DNA of 56,109 bases, filler included, from Sphacelaria rigidula (Eukaryota), in the NCBI GenBank assembly GCA_964200075.2. It is 5 parts of 5 records of this genome, joined end to end, with 100 filler letters (N's around TTAATTAATTAA, not from the genome) between each part and the next. Parts side by side here need not be neighbours in the genome. Positions count along the whole stretch, not along the records: positions 33,728 to 44,868 come from CAXNAA020005333.1; positions 44,969 to 56,109 come from CAXNAA020005334.1; 3 more parts are not named here. The stretch is one strand, 5' to 3'. The position numbers were made by a program, and so were the translations under genes. The notes beneath the pieces were generated by a model, which worked only from the letters and a program-made list of their open reading frames with translations, was not told the origin of the DNA and did no database searches. Below are positions 37,300-49,132 of the stretch, one piece after another. Every line of letters begins with the position of its first letter. Positions within the stretch are counted from its first letter, which is position 1.

Positions 37300-40242
37300 G
37301 CGGCAATTCAGTCGACATCAGCTGCAGACCGAAATGGTAAAGTGGCACGTGACCGAGAGATTCCTACATAAGCTCGGCGAGCAACAATACTAGCCAATCA
37401 CCACTGCACCGGTGGCCGCGAAGGAGTTTACCGAAGCTATCCGCGAAGCAGCGCGGACAGTGCTCCCAGAAGAGGCACGTATACCACGTACGCCGGAATG
37501 GTGTGGAAACACCGACACGAGAACAACAGTGGACGCAGCGCTTGCCAAACGACGGGAGGCACGCCGACTGATGAAGGATTACCGGACCCCAGCATCGTGG
37601 AAAGCACTCAAAGCCGCGTGCAAGAGCGTGAGTACAGCAATAGCCGACGGCATCCATGCACATCTTGAGATCTATGTGGCAAGGCTAGAAGTGATCTACA
37701 AGGATCGCGACATGAGAGGCCTGTACAAACACCTCAAGAGATGGTGGGTCTTGGTGGAAGGCAATCCGGGGGGCAGCAGTTCATGAAGGACGAGAACGGC
37801 ATCCTACTGAGGAACACAATTGCCATCCTTGAACGATTGGCGAGGTTCTTCCGCACCCTGATCAACGCCAAATCGCTCACGCTGAACCGAGCCATCATCG
37901 AGGAGGTGAAGCAGCGACCGGCAGCTTCAACCACCGGTGATTCGGTACCGCTTGGGGCAGCACCAACACTGAAGGAAACCAGACGAGCAGCCCGGGGGAT
38001 GCACAACTGAGAAGCGCCAGGACACGACTCCCTTTCTGTGGAGCTGCTCAAGATCGACGGCCGCGCCGAACCCGTCGTCCTCGAACGCTTCCATACCATT
38101 CTCGTCGAGGTGTGGAACGGAGAGGAGGTCCCTCAGGGGTGGAAAGATGCAACGATCAAGGTGCTATACAAGAAATCGGACCGGTTTATCCGCAATAACT
38201 GCAGGGGGATTTCTCTGGCATCGCACGCAGGGAAAGTGCTCCTGAACATAGTGGTCAACCGTCTCAGCGACTACAGCAAAACGCACGGGATATTAGCGGA
38301 GGAAGAGTGCGGCTTCCGACATGACCGATCCACTGTCGACATGCTGTTCGTAGTGCGCCGACTCCAAGAGCTGGGACGGCGACGGAGAATACCGCTGTAC
38401 ATGTGCTTGGTCGAGCCCCAGAAGGCATATGACTCAGTCGACTGAAAGTTTCTGTGGCAGGTACTGGCCCAAGCTAGTATTTCGGATGAGATGATAGCAG
38501 TTTTCCGCCAATTCCACGACGGTATGCCGGCCCGCGTGCGCATGGACGACGGGGAGCTCTTGGAATGGTTTGAAGTCACACAGGGACTGCGACAAGGATG
38601 TGCGTTGTCTCCCCTGTTGTCCAACATCTTCTTCGCGACTGTGCTTGAGATAGTCCTCGTCCGATTCAGCGAGGACAGTATCATCATCAGGGACATGATA
38701 TATCTTGATGAGGGAGGGGGGCGGAGACACCGCTGGAACGTGTACACGGAGCGGTGTGGGGAATGTTGTATGCCGATGATGCCGGCGTCATCTCGAGATC
38801 CTCCGACGGACTGGCGAGAATGATGACCACCATAGTGGACGAATTCGGGGCCTTTGGACTGACCGTGTCGGAGGAGGATACGGATACTCTCTTGATGCGT
38901 GTACCGAGGGAAGCACCGTAGGAGGGGGAGTCACCAACACAATCTCCCCCGCCGCTGATGATCGAATCAACGGGCCAGAAATACGCCCAGAACGGTAGTT
39001 TCCAATACTTGGACCGGCTTGTCAACGAAGAGGGCGAACTTAAGCAAGGAATCAACAATCGGAGCAGAGCAGCGTCGGCGTGCATCAAGAAGTTCTCTCG
39101 GGAGCTCTTTGACCGACCGAAAGCATCGTGGAGACTCAAGGTCTGACTGTTGAAAGCGGAGGCGATGAAGGCCCTACTATACGGATGCATGACGCGAGCC
39201 CCGCGCCGCGAACGCTACGACTCGCTGAGAAAGGTACACAACCGGCTCCTCCTGCGAATCATCGGGTACCGTCAAGTGCGCGGCACATGCTGGCAGAATT
39301 CGTATGCTCAGACCCTCAAGAAGAATGGATGCCAAAGTGCCGAATCTATCATCCGGCAACGATGACTGCTGTTCGCGGGAGCCCTGACTAGACAACCGGA
39401 CGGACGACTACCGAAGCGAATGGAATTCGGAACACTAAACAGGGGGGGAAGATCCAGGATCAGGGTGTCCGGAGCAAAACTGGCTGAAGTGCCCGGGGGG
39501 CGATCTCCACGCTTTCGGAGCCACAGACGGATGTACGGACGGCAACCGCCAGACATTTGGGATTGACGGTGTCCTTTGGCCCTCAGCAGCGAACAAGGAG
39601 GGGGGTTGCCGTGGCACGCGGGAGTGCTGCAGGGAGCGGAGAGGGTCATGACCTCATGACACAGAAATGAAGAGGAGGCCAGCCGACTGCGTGCAATTGG
39701 ACGGGACACCAACGAAGCCAACACAGCAGTGATGACGATCCATAGAGGGGGGGGGGTGGGGGGTGAACCCCTCCCGATGAGGGGTGTCGTTATGTCATGC
39801 GGTGCTTGGCTTGATATGCCTGGTATGCTTGTACGTATGGCTGTCCCTCGAGAGGTCGAAAAAAAGAACCTTGCGATTGTTAGTTTTTTGGTTGGCGGTC
39901 TTCGGGCCTTGAGTTTCGCCCGTAGTTGGACCGTCTGTTCATTTCTACTTGGCCTCGCGCGTCGAGTTGGAAAGCCGTGCTCACCCTCTGAAGTCCGAAT
40001 GGCCACCTGCGGCACCGGGGTTTCTGAGGTTAGCTGTATTTTTCTCTTTATTTTTCAGTGTTTATTCCTGTTTTGCTTGTATCGCGCTTGTGAGCTTTCC
40101 TGAGTCTATTTTCGTTTATTCTGGTTTTGTTTGGTTTCCTCATCCCTTATTATGGGTAGCAAGCCTGTGACCACGGAAGGCGTCCACATCTGATGCCCAG
40201 TACGAATGTACTGCGCAGATATCGGAGCGGTTTTCTATATGA

Positions 40243-40289
<47 letters not shown>
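37300..40289 (+). mobile_element. Non-LTR retrotransposon (RTE-like LINE), 5'-truncated, with frameshifts and stops, (CAA)n tail
   Basis: RT motifs [68 protein letters not shown] and YADD (38769-38780). C-terminal LLYGC...LLRIIG. Tail at 40244-40289. Confidence 0.93.
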
Positions 40290-40339
40290 GGATGTCGACG
40301 TGTAGCGGTAAGCACACGGTAGTGATAGAGGCAAAGAAA

Positions 40340-40698
40340 AGCGCACACGGAATGAAAAAATGGCTAAGTTGAAGCAAATTATCAAAGGCACTCTCAATCA
40401 ACGTTCTACTCTCAATGTTACGAACACGTTGTTCAAAGCGGTATACGACAAGTCGTACATCGCCCTCGCCATCAAGGTTCGTCTCCAGAAAATTGAAGTG
40501 ATCGAGGTAAGGTTGTACGGCTGCGTGAGCTGGATGATCATTCGCGAGAAATTCGGCGTGTTACGGGAGCCCCAGCCAGGATTCCTGGTGAGGCGCGTCA
40601 AAAAAATAACTCAAGCCGCGGCGCCCCTGACTACCCTATGCTGCCATGCCATGAGGCCCTCGAACGAACTAGCTGCGAGTTCTGACGAAAGTACGGCG
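40340..40698 (+). mobile_element. Older, degraded RTE-like LINE C-terminal fragment
   Basis: KVRLQKIEVIEVRLYGCVSW...LRE resembles the LKAEAMKALLYGCMTR...LRK segment of the adjacent LINE. Confidence 0.55.
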
Positions 40699-41057
40699 TG
40701 ACGTTGAGTTGGTAGTGATGATCTGGATAATGACTGGGGTTAGGAGGATTCCGGAGGATTTTGGGAGGATTCTGGATAATGACCGGGACACGGGGATGAT
40801 ATCCGGCGTGTCTAGAAGGATGGTGCCTGGCAGAGCACTCCTGATAAGACGAGATGTTGTAAAGGCTGACAACTGAAACTGAGGCCAGTGAGACTGGGGA
40901 GTCCCTCAATAGCAGTGATCCACCAGTCCTTCTTCTGGCTGGCCTCAAAATATCGATATTAGTGCTAGTATCAATGCTAAAAATAGTACCTAGCAAAACC
41001 TTCTGGGAGGACTTCGGCGGAAGAGTTTTGCGGCTGGGGACAACCTGAAGCATCACA
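40699..41057 (+). repeat. Putative 5' LTR of the Gypsy element
   Basis: TG...CA-bounded non-coding segment directly upstream of gag. No second LTR is in view to confirm the boundaries. Confidence 0.4.
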
Positions 41058-41261
41058 GACGCGTGGAGAGGGTTCAAGCTGATGGTAGCTGCAAAAAGGC
41101 GACTAATCTGTGATTGATACAGACTAGAGACTTGCTGAGGCTGCGTGCAGCGGGAGTTTCGAGGCTCCTACGACTGTGTGGTGCGGCGACGAAGCAGGGA
41201 AGTGTGCGATTCGCGAAAGTCCGCTGGACTGTGAAACTTTCGCAGGTAGCCGGTTGCAGCT

Positions 41262-43440
41262 ATGGTGACCGGTTCGCGTAGTACGTCCAGCGTGACGCCC
41301 GTGGTTATGCGGGAAGAGTTGCGACCTCCCCAATACGGGTGTAGGTACTCAGAGAGTGCATCTCGCATTTTTTATACGAAGTACATGGAGTACAAAGAGC
41401 GTGTGGAGCACCCTAACGCAGGGGGTGCTGTGCGGCATCAGGTGGTGTCGATTGCCCAACAAGTGCCAACTCATGTGCAGAGAGTGTTTGCTCGTTTGGC
41501 ACAGGATGCGAACACAATTACCCCGCCGCAATTGGTTGCGGCGATCAAAAAGCATACTGGGCATGCGGCGGGCGCCGAGGTGGAGCTGGCCCAAGCGTCC
41601 GCGGGTGTGGCGAAAGCTGTCGCCATTGATTCTAGAGGAAAGACGATGTTGGAGCGGATGGAGCCCGTCCTGTCAATTTTGGAGAAGTACTTCGCAGAGA
41701 ATTCAAAGGTCGAACCGGTATTATCGTTCCCCCGATGGTGAGAACATTCCCGGCCCAGCTGCAGTTATCACTGAGGCTTTGGTGGAGGGGTTGGCGCCGG
41801 AAACATTCAAGCAAGCCGTGCTTGTCAAGTTGCAGCACGAAGATAATTGGAAGGCAGACCCATACCTGGTGTTGGACACTGCCGTGGCCGAGGCCAAGGA
41901 GTGGCGGAAAATAGAGGTGTTCAGCCAGTCGTCCACCTCCTCGCCGAAATCTTTGCACAACCACGGCTTGAAATCGGCCGGCCGCGCCGCGAGTATTACT
42001 TGCCACCGCTGTAGCCAGGTCAGCCATTACGCGCACGATTGCCCAACGTCTCCCGGTGGAGAGTCTGGTCAATCTTTTGCCGCGCACCATCAGCATCGTC
42101 AGCACAAGGACAAAGGACGAGGTAATCAGGTGGCGGCGGCAGATCCTCCGGTGGTGGAGGGTCGCTATCGAGTCCTCAGCAGCAGCAGCAGCAGGGGCAG
42201 CGGCGTCAGCATGGGTCTGGTTCTGGGTCCGGCGCCGCTGGAGGTGCTGCTGCTCCGCAAGGGGCGATGCAGGTGGGACCGACTTCTACAGTGTCGAACA
42301 CTGCGCCGGTGCCGGTGGTGGCGCCGGTGGCGACACCGGCAGCAGCTCCAGGGGCGACGCCTGCTGATGCGCTGGTCGGAAGTTCACCATATTCTTAGTC
42401 TGCTGGCTGCGGGTCATACCCGCCGGCGGTGCCGTTTGAACCTGCCGGGGCGTCTTCGCTTGCGCAGCCGTGGCATCAAATGGAATTAGCGACGCATCGG
42501 TCGACAGATGATCTGCCAGTGGAGTTTGCGGACAGAGACGTTCCTGCGGAGCTGCGTCTTCCAAATCAACGGGAGCGTAGAGCCATGGTGGTTCGGGCTG
42601 TATTGGATTCTGGCTCCCACTTCACGAGTCTGTCGGGGCAGAAGATGGTAGAGATGTTGGGGAGTCTTCTCCTGGGTGTGCAGCTGCGCATCTCGTTTCC
42701 GCTCGGGGCGGCCGACCGTCACCGCGTCGGGTCAGCATGTTTCCGTCACGGAGCGCACTGTTCCGCTGCAGCTGGCATTCACGACTACCTGGGGGCCGGC
42801 GCCGTTGCCTCCGATCTCGTTTGCGATCATGCCGGGATCGGATGGTGTTATCCCCCTGGGGTTAACGACGCTTCAGGATGTTGGAGTCGACCAGCATGAG
42901 CGGTTGAAGAACCCCATCAACACGCGGGTGTCGCCGCCTGGTTCGCACGTGGAGACGCCCGCCGTTTTGGGCAGTAGTCGCGTGGGATGCTTTTCAGGAG
43001 GTTGGGGGGCAGGTCACTGACGAGTGGGATGCGGCAGTGGATCGCTTGGTAGAGCGCGGCCCGGAGATGTTCATGGATCCGGCGGAAGAAGAGTCCGCTC
43101 GGAAGGTCGCGCTGGAGGAGAGCATGACAGATGTTGTGGCGACAGATCTCAGCGTCCCCACAGCGGGACGCCTGCGCACATTATTGCATCGCCGTGCCAA
43201 CGGATTTCGTCGTGCGGTGCGAGGTGATCCCCCTGCGCGTGTGGAGCCCATGCGTGTTCAGCTGAAACCTGGGGCGTTCGCGGCGAAGGCGAAGCCGCGG
43301 TGGTAAGACTCGGTGAAGTCGAGCTGGTTGGCGTCGTGCATGGCGGCTCTACTGGCGCTTGGGTTGGTAGAACCTGCAGGCGGTATGGTCCACTTCGGCG
43401 ATGGCGGTTCCCAAGAAAGACTCGTTTCGCCTGGTAAGCA
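41262..43440 (+). mobile_element. Ty3/Gypsy LTR retrotransposon gag-pro-(RT start), degenerate and 3'-truncated
   Basis: Gag from ATG 41262 with a frameshift at ~41730. Zinc knuckle CHRCSQVSHYAHDC (42001-42042). Aspartic protease AVLDSG (~42598-42614). Pre-RT/RT start GDPPARVEPMRVQLKPG...AMAVPKKDSFRLV follows protease directly (Gypsy order). Confidence 0.88.
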
Positions 43441-44868
43441 TGACAAAGTATGACAAATGGAACCCAGTCGACTGGAACATGACCAATAAATCTGTAACAT
43501 CCCCCTAGCCATATTTGTATGGCTACACACAAATTTATCGGAGGGCTGGAAGGGCCAGAACAAAAACAAAACCTGTGCATCATACGCCTGAAAGTAAAAC
43601 GAGAAAAACCTGCTGAATTACAGTACAGGGGAAAACTCGTTGCAGATCTAATGAATAGGTAAACCCTGATTAGCAGGGGAAAACTCCATCCGTTAGGAAA
43701 GGAAAAAAATCTATAACGCCCTTTCCAACGACAGAAACAACAGACAAGTACGGTCGCTGTCGTTTTCCCGAGATCTCAGTTAGACTGGAGAACGATCGGC
43801 TAGTTAGCGTGATCGCGCGTCGACACCCTGGATCAGTTACACTGGATTCTAGGGTAGTGCGGGGCTTAAACCCCGCTAAAAACAACCTTTCCGCGAACTG
43901 ATCAATAGTTACAGGAGTGCAGCTTTTCAGGGGTGCTCTTCTGTAACTACCGACACCTATTCTACTGGAAATAGAGCCCACGCGCCTTGGCTCACACATG
44001 TGCCCATATATTACCAAATAGGAAGCAATCGATAACAAAGCGGCACAAGAAAAAGACAAGGAACACTCGAAATTCATGACTGAAACGTGCGGTAGCAGCA
44101 TTGAATGGTTACATATTCCCTTATTTCACTACCGTATTCCTCTCGCAATGATATCGTATACCACATCACACAGCAGCCATTCGTACACGTCCATGGCTGC
44201 AGTCTATCTTTGGCTCCTCCGTTCTAGCTTGGGGCGCTCAACTTCCAAGCGAGATGGCTGTTTCCAGTCTCCATCTTCGTATCCTACTCGCCGAAAGAAA
44301 TTCCCATCATCATACAAGTGGTTCTTCAGCTCGGCACTGCTGTAGCCGTTCCAGGAGGTAGCACCTATGGCAAAAGCTTCAAGGCATCACTACGTGGGGA
44401 AGCGGGGTGCTTCGAGTGCTATGGCGGGGTCGAAGAAACTGTGGGGTGATACAGGTGCAAAAGGCTCATGACGCAGTATGGAGCAATGGGTTGTGGGAAA
44501 ATATATAAGGAACTGTGATTAAAGGAAAGGTGTGGACGACTAAGACGAAAGAAATGTGCCAAAAGTGCGACGGTGCTAGACAGGGAAATATCGAAATATT
44601 TTTGATATTTTGGAAGGAGTCGCACCAGGATGTACGTTATCACCCTCTCTAACCGAGGTATTCTTCGATGACCTGATACAAGCAACAATGTTTTCGTGAG
44701 ATTGAGAGTAGATGATACGATTGAGAGTAGGCTTTGGATGGCTATCAGCGGCGGGGAGTGTCTGCATCATTAATGGACAAAACGCTTACCTCGCACATTG
44801 GTGCAAAATCCTGCCGGTAAATCCAACAGTGTTTCCGTGAAATCGAGCGTTGAAAGTACGATCGAGAG

Positions 44869-44968
44869 NNNNNNNNNNNNNNNNNNNNNNNNNNNNNNNN
44901 NNNNNNNNNNNNTTAATTAATTAANNNNNNNNNNNNNNNNNNNNNNNNNNNNNNNNNNNNNNNNNNNN
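44869..44968. other. Artificial scaffold spacer
   Basis: 44 N + TTAATTAATTAA + 44 N. Confidence 0.97.
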
Positions 44969-45038
44969 GGGATGCGTGGTCAATGGTCAAACGACTAAGG
45001 CAAGCAACAAATGAGTACGCCCCCCCCCCCTCCCCCCC
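44969..45038 (+). mobile_element. Poly-C-tailed element, copy 4 (5' end cut by the scaffold start)
   Basis: ggatgcgtggtcaatggtcaaacgactaaggcaagcaacaaatgagtacg(C)n. Confidence 0.75.
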
Positions 45039-45325
45039 GTCCCAGTCGTCAAGCTGGTACCGTATATCATCGGCCAGCTTGGGTTGAGCAGTAATCGTGC
45101 AAAGGTGCGCTGGGTAACGTGTATGCCCAGGTGTTTTCCCTCCCGAATTTCGTGTTGCGATGGTCCGATCTCCAAACTCTACCTAATACTGGGTGAAGTT
45201 AGGTACGATAGTGATACTCTAACCGGATTCTTGGTGCTTAGAGTACGATTTTTCAAGATACCCTGATGTGGGCAAAACCCTACCCAAAATATTCTTGCAA
45301 TAGTGGATCCGAATCTCGATACTAT

Positions 45326-45685
45326 AGCCTGTCGCCCTCGTGGCTCATTTGGTAAACCTCGAAACCTTTCGACGGTTGTGTCGTGGGGTCGAATCTCGCT
45401 GCAGTCACACGATCTGTGATGTTTCTCACACACTGCCCAACAGTGGAGAGCGACTATGTCATGGGTACACAAAAGTTCGACTTCACGGTCGACGAGGAAA
45501 CGGGATAGCTGAACCCCTCTCGCGATCAAAAATAAACGCAAGCACCGCAAAAGGAAGGTGTAGTACTGAAACCATAGAAGAGAACTCCTGTGTTGGCCTT
45601 CTTCCTGTGTGACCCCGGCTGATGCGCCCACATATACCGAAAGGTGTAGACTGGCGTCCAGAATGGATGGGATGACAACACAAAA
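45326..45685 (+). mobile_element. tRNA-derived SINE family B, near full length
   Basis: Head with box A-like TGGCTCATTTGG and box B-like GGTCGAATCT. Three other copies or fragments occur in the window. Ends gacaacac. Confidence 0.8.
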
Positions 45686-47191
45686 AGAGTAAGTGTATTC
45701 TATTTCAGCCCGTTTCGTCAAGGAAAGCCTGCGAGAGCTTGGGTTTACGGAAAGAAAAATCGAAAGAAGAAAGGGTAAGAAGAAGCGGAAGGAGAAAGTC
45801 CACGGGGGTTGTGGCAGTGCGGATAGTCATCGTCCAATGCGGCTTGGCGATAAGTAGTTGTTCGAGGTGGGTGCGTTGCGAGTGAAGAAGACATGGAACG
45901 GTTGATTTCTCGAGACGACGGGCTCGTACCGAATCGTTCAGAGGGGGTAACAGGGGAGCAAAGCACAGATCTTGGGTTATCTGAACGATTTTTGGCCGCA
46001 CACTGCAACAGGCTGTACCGCAGTATAACCACCTGAATTTTCGACCGTGTGATTGGTCGATGCCTGCTGGTGAAGAAAAATGATTGGCAGCGTTTAGTAC
46101 TTGATTTTATAGTACACGCCGAGTTCGAGGTGTTTAGTGGGTGTTGACAGTACCACGTGCTTCTTAGCTTTTGCGCAAAACGCGTTTTTGTGTAAATTGG
46201 CGGCTGCAGCGACGATCTGAGGTCTGCCAGCGGACACTTCGCCCAGGGCACACTTCGCATCCCCGCTTGCCGTAGGGTCCTCGGAATACCTCGGGTTGGG
46301 GTTAGAGTTTGGTTATTCCGAAATAATACATTTCCGAGAAAGTTGTTCAACCATTGTTTATGTTCATTGTACGACAAACGCGTAAGCATGGCTCAGAAAA
46401 AAATGGCCGCGAGTGTACGCCAGTATTTTCTTCGTCTTCTCCGGAACCTTTTTTTTGTGAACGTGCTGATCGTGTACCTGTTTGGTGTGTGGCGCATTTC
46501 AAGGAACTGCAAAAGCGACTGTTTGAAAGCAACGATGGCCGTACACTTGCGAGCTCTTCCCAGAAGGGATATTCGTTTTGAACGTACATGCGCTGCGATC
46601 TCCAAACGAAGTCTGACTTGGGCGTGTGGAGGGCTCAGAATGAACGTACCCAGCGTGAGTAAAAGAAGACACGCACTTGAGACAAACTTGAGAAAGCGAG
46701 AAATAATCAGGGAATCAGAGAGCAAACAAAGCAAACTGGAGAAGAGGAAACACAACGAGAAAGGAGAAGGGCAGGGGAATATATATGTTCACGAACATCA
46801 TTCTATCACTATTATTCTCATGAACATTAGTCTCATCTCTCGAACCCGTGGTCACAGCACATTCATAATAATTAAAAAAAAAATGAAGATGAAAAGAGAT
46901 TATAGAATAAATGAATGGCAAGGAAAATTAAAAAGAAAAAAACGACGAAGAGATGATGAACGGAAGAATGATGTTCATATTTACAAGGATCGGACGGGGC
47001 CGCCGATAGGCGGCCCCGTCCTCCACGATAGGCGTGGAAAGGGATTGATTTAGTTGGGGAGATGGTAAAGGCAATGACTTCTACCAAGAGGTTCAGCCAA
47101 AGATTGGATATTACCTGTATCGGTTATGAAACCAGGTTATACGTCATACGTAGAAGATGGAAGATCCGGCACGGGCGTAATGTTTGCAGTA

Positions 47192-47511
47192 GACCTAAGG
47201 AAATGTACGTAAACAATGGTTAGTACTCGATTTTACTTGATTTCAGGCTCAAGAAAGTTCTGAGAATATTCATGGTCTGGGGCAGGTGAGCAGTGGTGAG
47301 TAGTAGACCCAGCTTGTCCAGAACGTGTCTTGGTCTAAAATTAGCTGGAAGGCGTCGATATCAGCTCTGGCAACGCGCACTTTGCCTAGGGAACACTCTG
47401 CACCCCCTTGCCTCAGGGTTCTCGGTATGCCTTGGTCGGGGTTAGGGTTAGCGTTAGAATTGGCGGCATCTCCATTGTACCAACCACTGTTTACGCACAT
47501 TTCCTCAGGTC
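47192..47511. mobile_element. MITE family A, copy 2
   Basis: TIRs gacctaaggaaatgtacgtaaacaatggt / accactgtttacgcacatttcctcaggtc. Internal ggggttagggttagcgttag. Confidence 0.8.
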
Positions 47512-47557
47512 GCCTCAAAGTCTGATCCGTTCGTTCGCGCATTTTTTTTCCCTTTTC

Positions 47558-49132
47558 AGGGCTTGTCTTAGTCAGGCCAACTGTAATGGTAGCCGTTCGA
47601 GAAACCTGTTTAAAACTGCCTTTTGGGCCCTTCTCCGTCGATTTACGCTCGAAAAAAGGGCTAGATGCATGTTGACGCCTTGGAATGACTTGCTCTACTC
47701 GTTGAGACCGTTTTAGGTCAACTTTGCATTTCCCGCTGGCCGCACTTCTATTTTTGGCCAAATGAGGCCACACACGGATCTTCAGTGAAAAACGGTCAGG
47801 TGATCAAATTTTTCCCCTGTTGGTTGATCGCTTGACCGTCTTTTGTTGAACATCCGTGTTTGGCCATTAATGAAAGTGCGACCAGCGGGAGATCCGAAGT
47901 TGCCCTGAAACGGCCTCAATGAGTAGAGCAAGTCATTCCAAGGCGTCAATATCCGCCTAGCCCTCTGTTCAGGCGAAAAACGACGGAGAAGGGCCAAATA
48001 GGCAGTTTTGAACAGAATTTTTGAACGGCTACCATTTTTTTCTTTTTCCTCATACTTTGAACCCCTCTCCTTCCTCGGGATGAGTCCGTGGTCTCAAGGA
48101 AATCAACCCGTCTCTCTATTAGGAGTAGGAACGGTGTTCCGTCTCGAAAGGGATGCGTGGTCAATGGTCAAATGACTAAGGCAAGCAACAAATGAGTACG
48201 CCCCCGGTACGCGCCTTTATTCATTTTGGCCTCGCGGATTGGGTCAGCACTCCCGCACCGCGTCGACTCAGGTCACACAAACCTAGTCGACTACTTTATT
48301 TTCTCACGGTCTCACGCTTTCCACGGTGGAAATCATACATGACGAAGAAAAAATGCAACGCATCGGAAATCGAACACCCGCTCTCTCCACCCCCGAGGCG
48401 ATAGTCGGACCATTACACCACCGGGGCGCGGCACCATTAGAGTCGGTCTTGGCCAAAAAGGCAGTTTAAAACAGGAATTTCGAACGGCGCCCATTAGAGT
48501 TGGTCTTAGACCGACTCTAGTAGAGCAAGGCATTCCAAGGCGTCAACATCCGCCAACTTTTCGGGCGTAAATCGACGGAGAAGGACCCAAAAGGCAGTTT
48601 TCCACAGAAATATTGAACGGCTCTCATTAGAGTTGGCCTAAGACCGACTCTAATGGGAGCCGTTCAAAATTCTTGATTAAAACTGCCTTTTTGGCCCTTC
48701 TCCGTCGTTTTTCGCCTGAAAGAGGGCTAGGCGGGTATTGAACCCTTGGAATGACCTGCTCTACTCATTGAAGCCGTTCCAGGGCAACTTTTGCATTTCC
48801 CGCTTGCCGCACTTTCATTTTTGGCCTAACACGGATTTTCAACGAAAAACGGTCGAGCGATCAATAAAAAGGGGGGAAATTTTGATCACCTGACCGTTTT
48901 ATACTGAAAATTCGTGTTTGGCCTGGTTTGGCCAAAAACAAAAAACGGCCAGCGGGGAATGGAAAAGTTGCCCTATAATAGAACGGTCTCGACGAGTAGA
49001 GCAAGTCATTCCAAAGTGTCAACATCCGCCTAGCCGTCTTTTCGGGCGTAAATCGACGGAGAAGGGCCCGAAAGGCAGTTTTAAACAGGAATTTTGAACG
49101 GCTTCCCGCAAAGTTGGTCTAAGACACGCCCT
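47558..49132. mobile_element. Compound foldback element, family C (two palindromic modules), interrupted by SINE A
   Basis: Termini agggcttgtcttag / ctaagacacgccct. Modules 47575-48036 and 48640-49120 are each ~220-bp-arm inverted repeats. Partial arms at 48433-48640. Confidence 0.75.
48037..48432 (-). mobile_element. SINE family A, full-length copy with A-rich tail and TSD, containing poly-C element copy 5
   Basis: TSD ACCATT at 48031-48036 and 48433-48438. T-rich run at ~48037-48047 is the A tail. tRNA-like head at 48358-48432. Insert at ~48118-48205. Confidence 0.85.

Noticed and set aside
46343-47053. 236-aa Lys/Arg-rich ORF
   Set aside because: It arises from purine-rich low-complexity sequence, has no recognisable motif and has no ATG at the called start.
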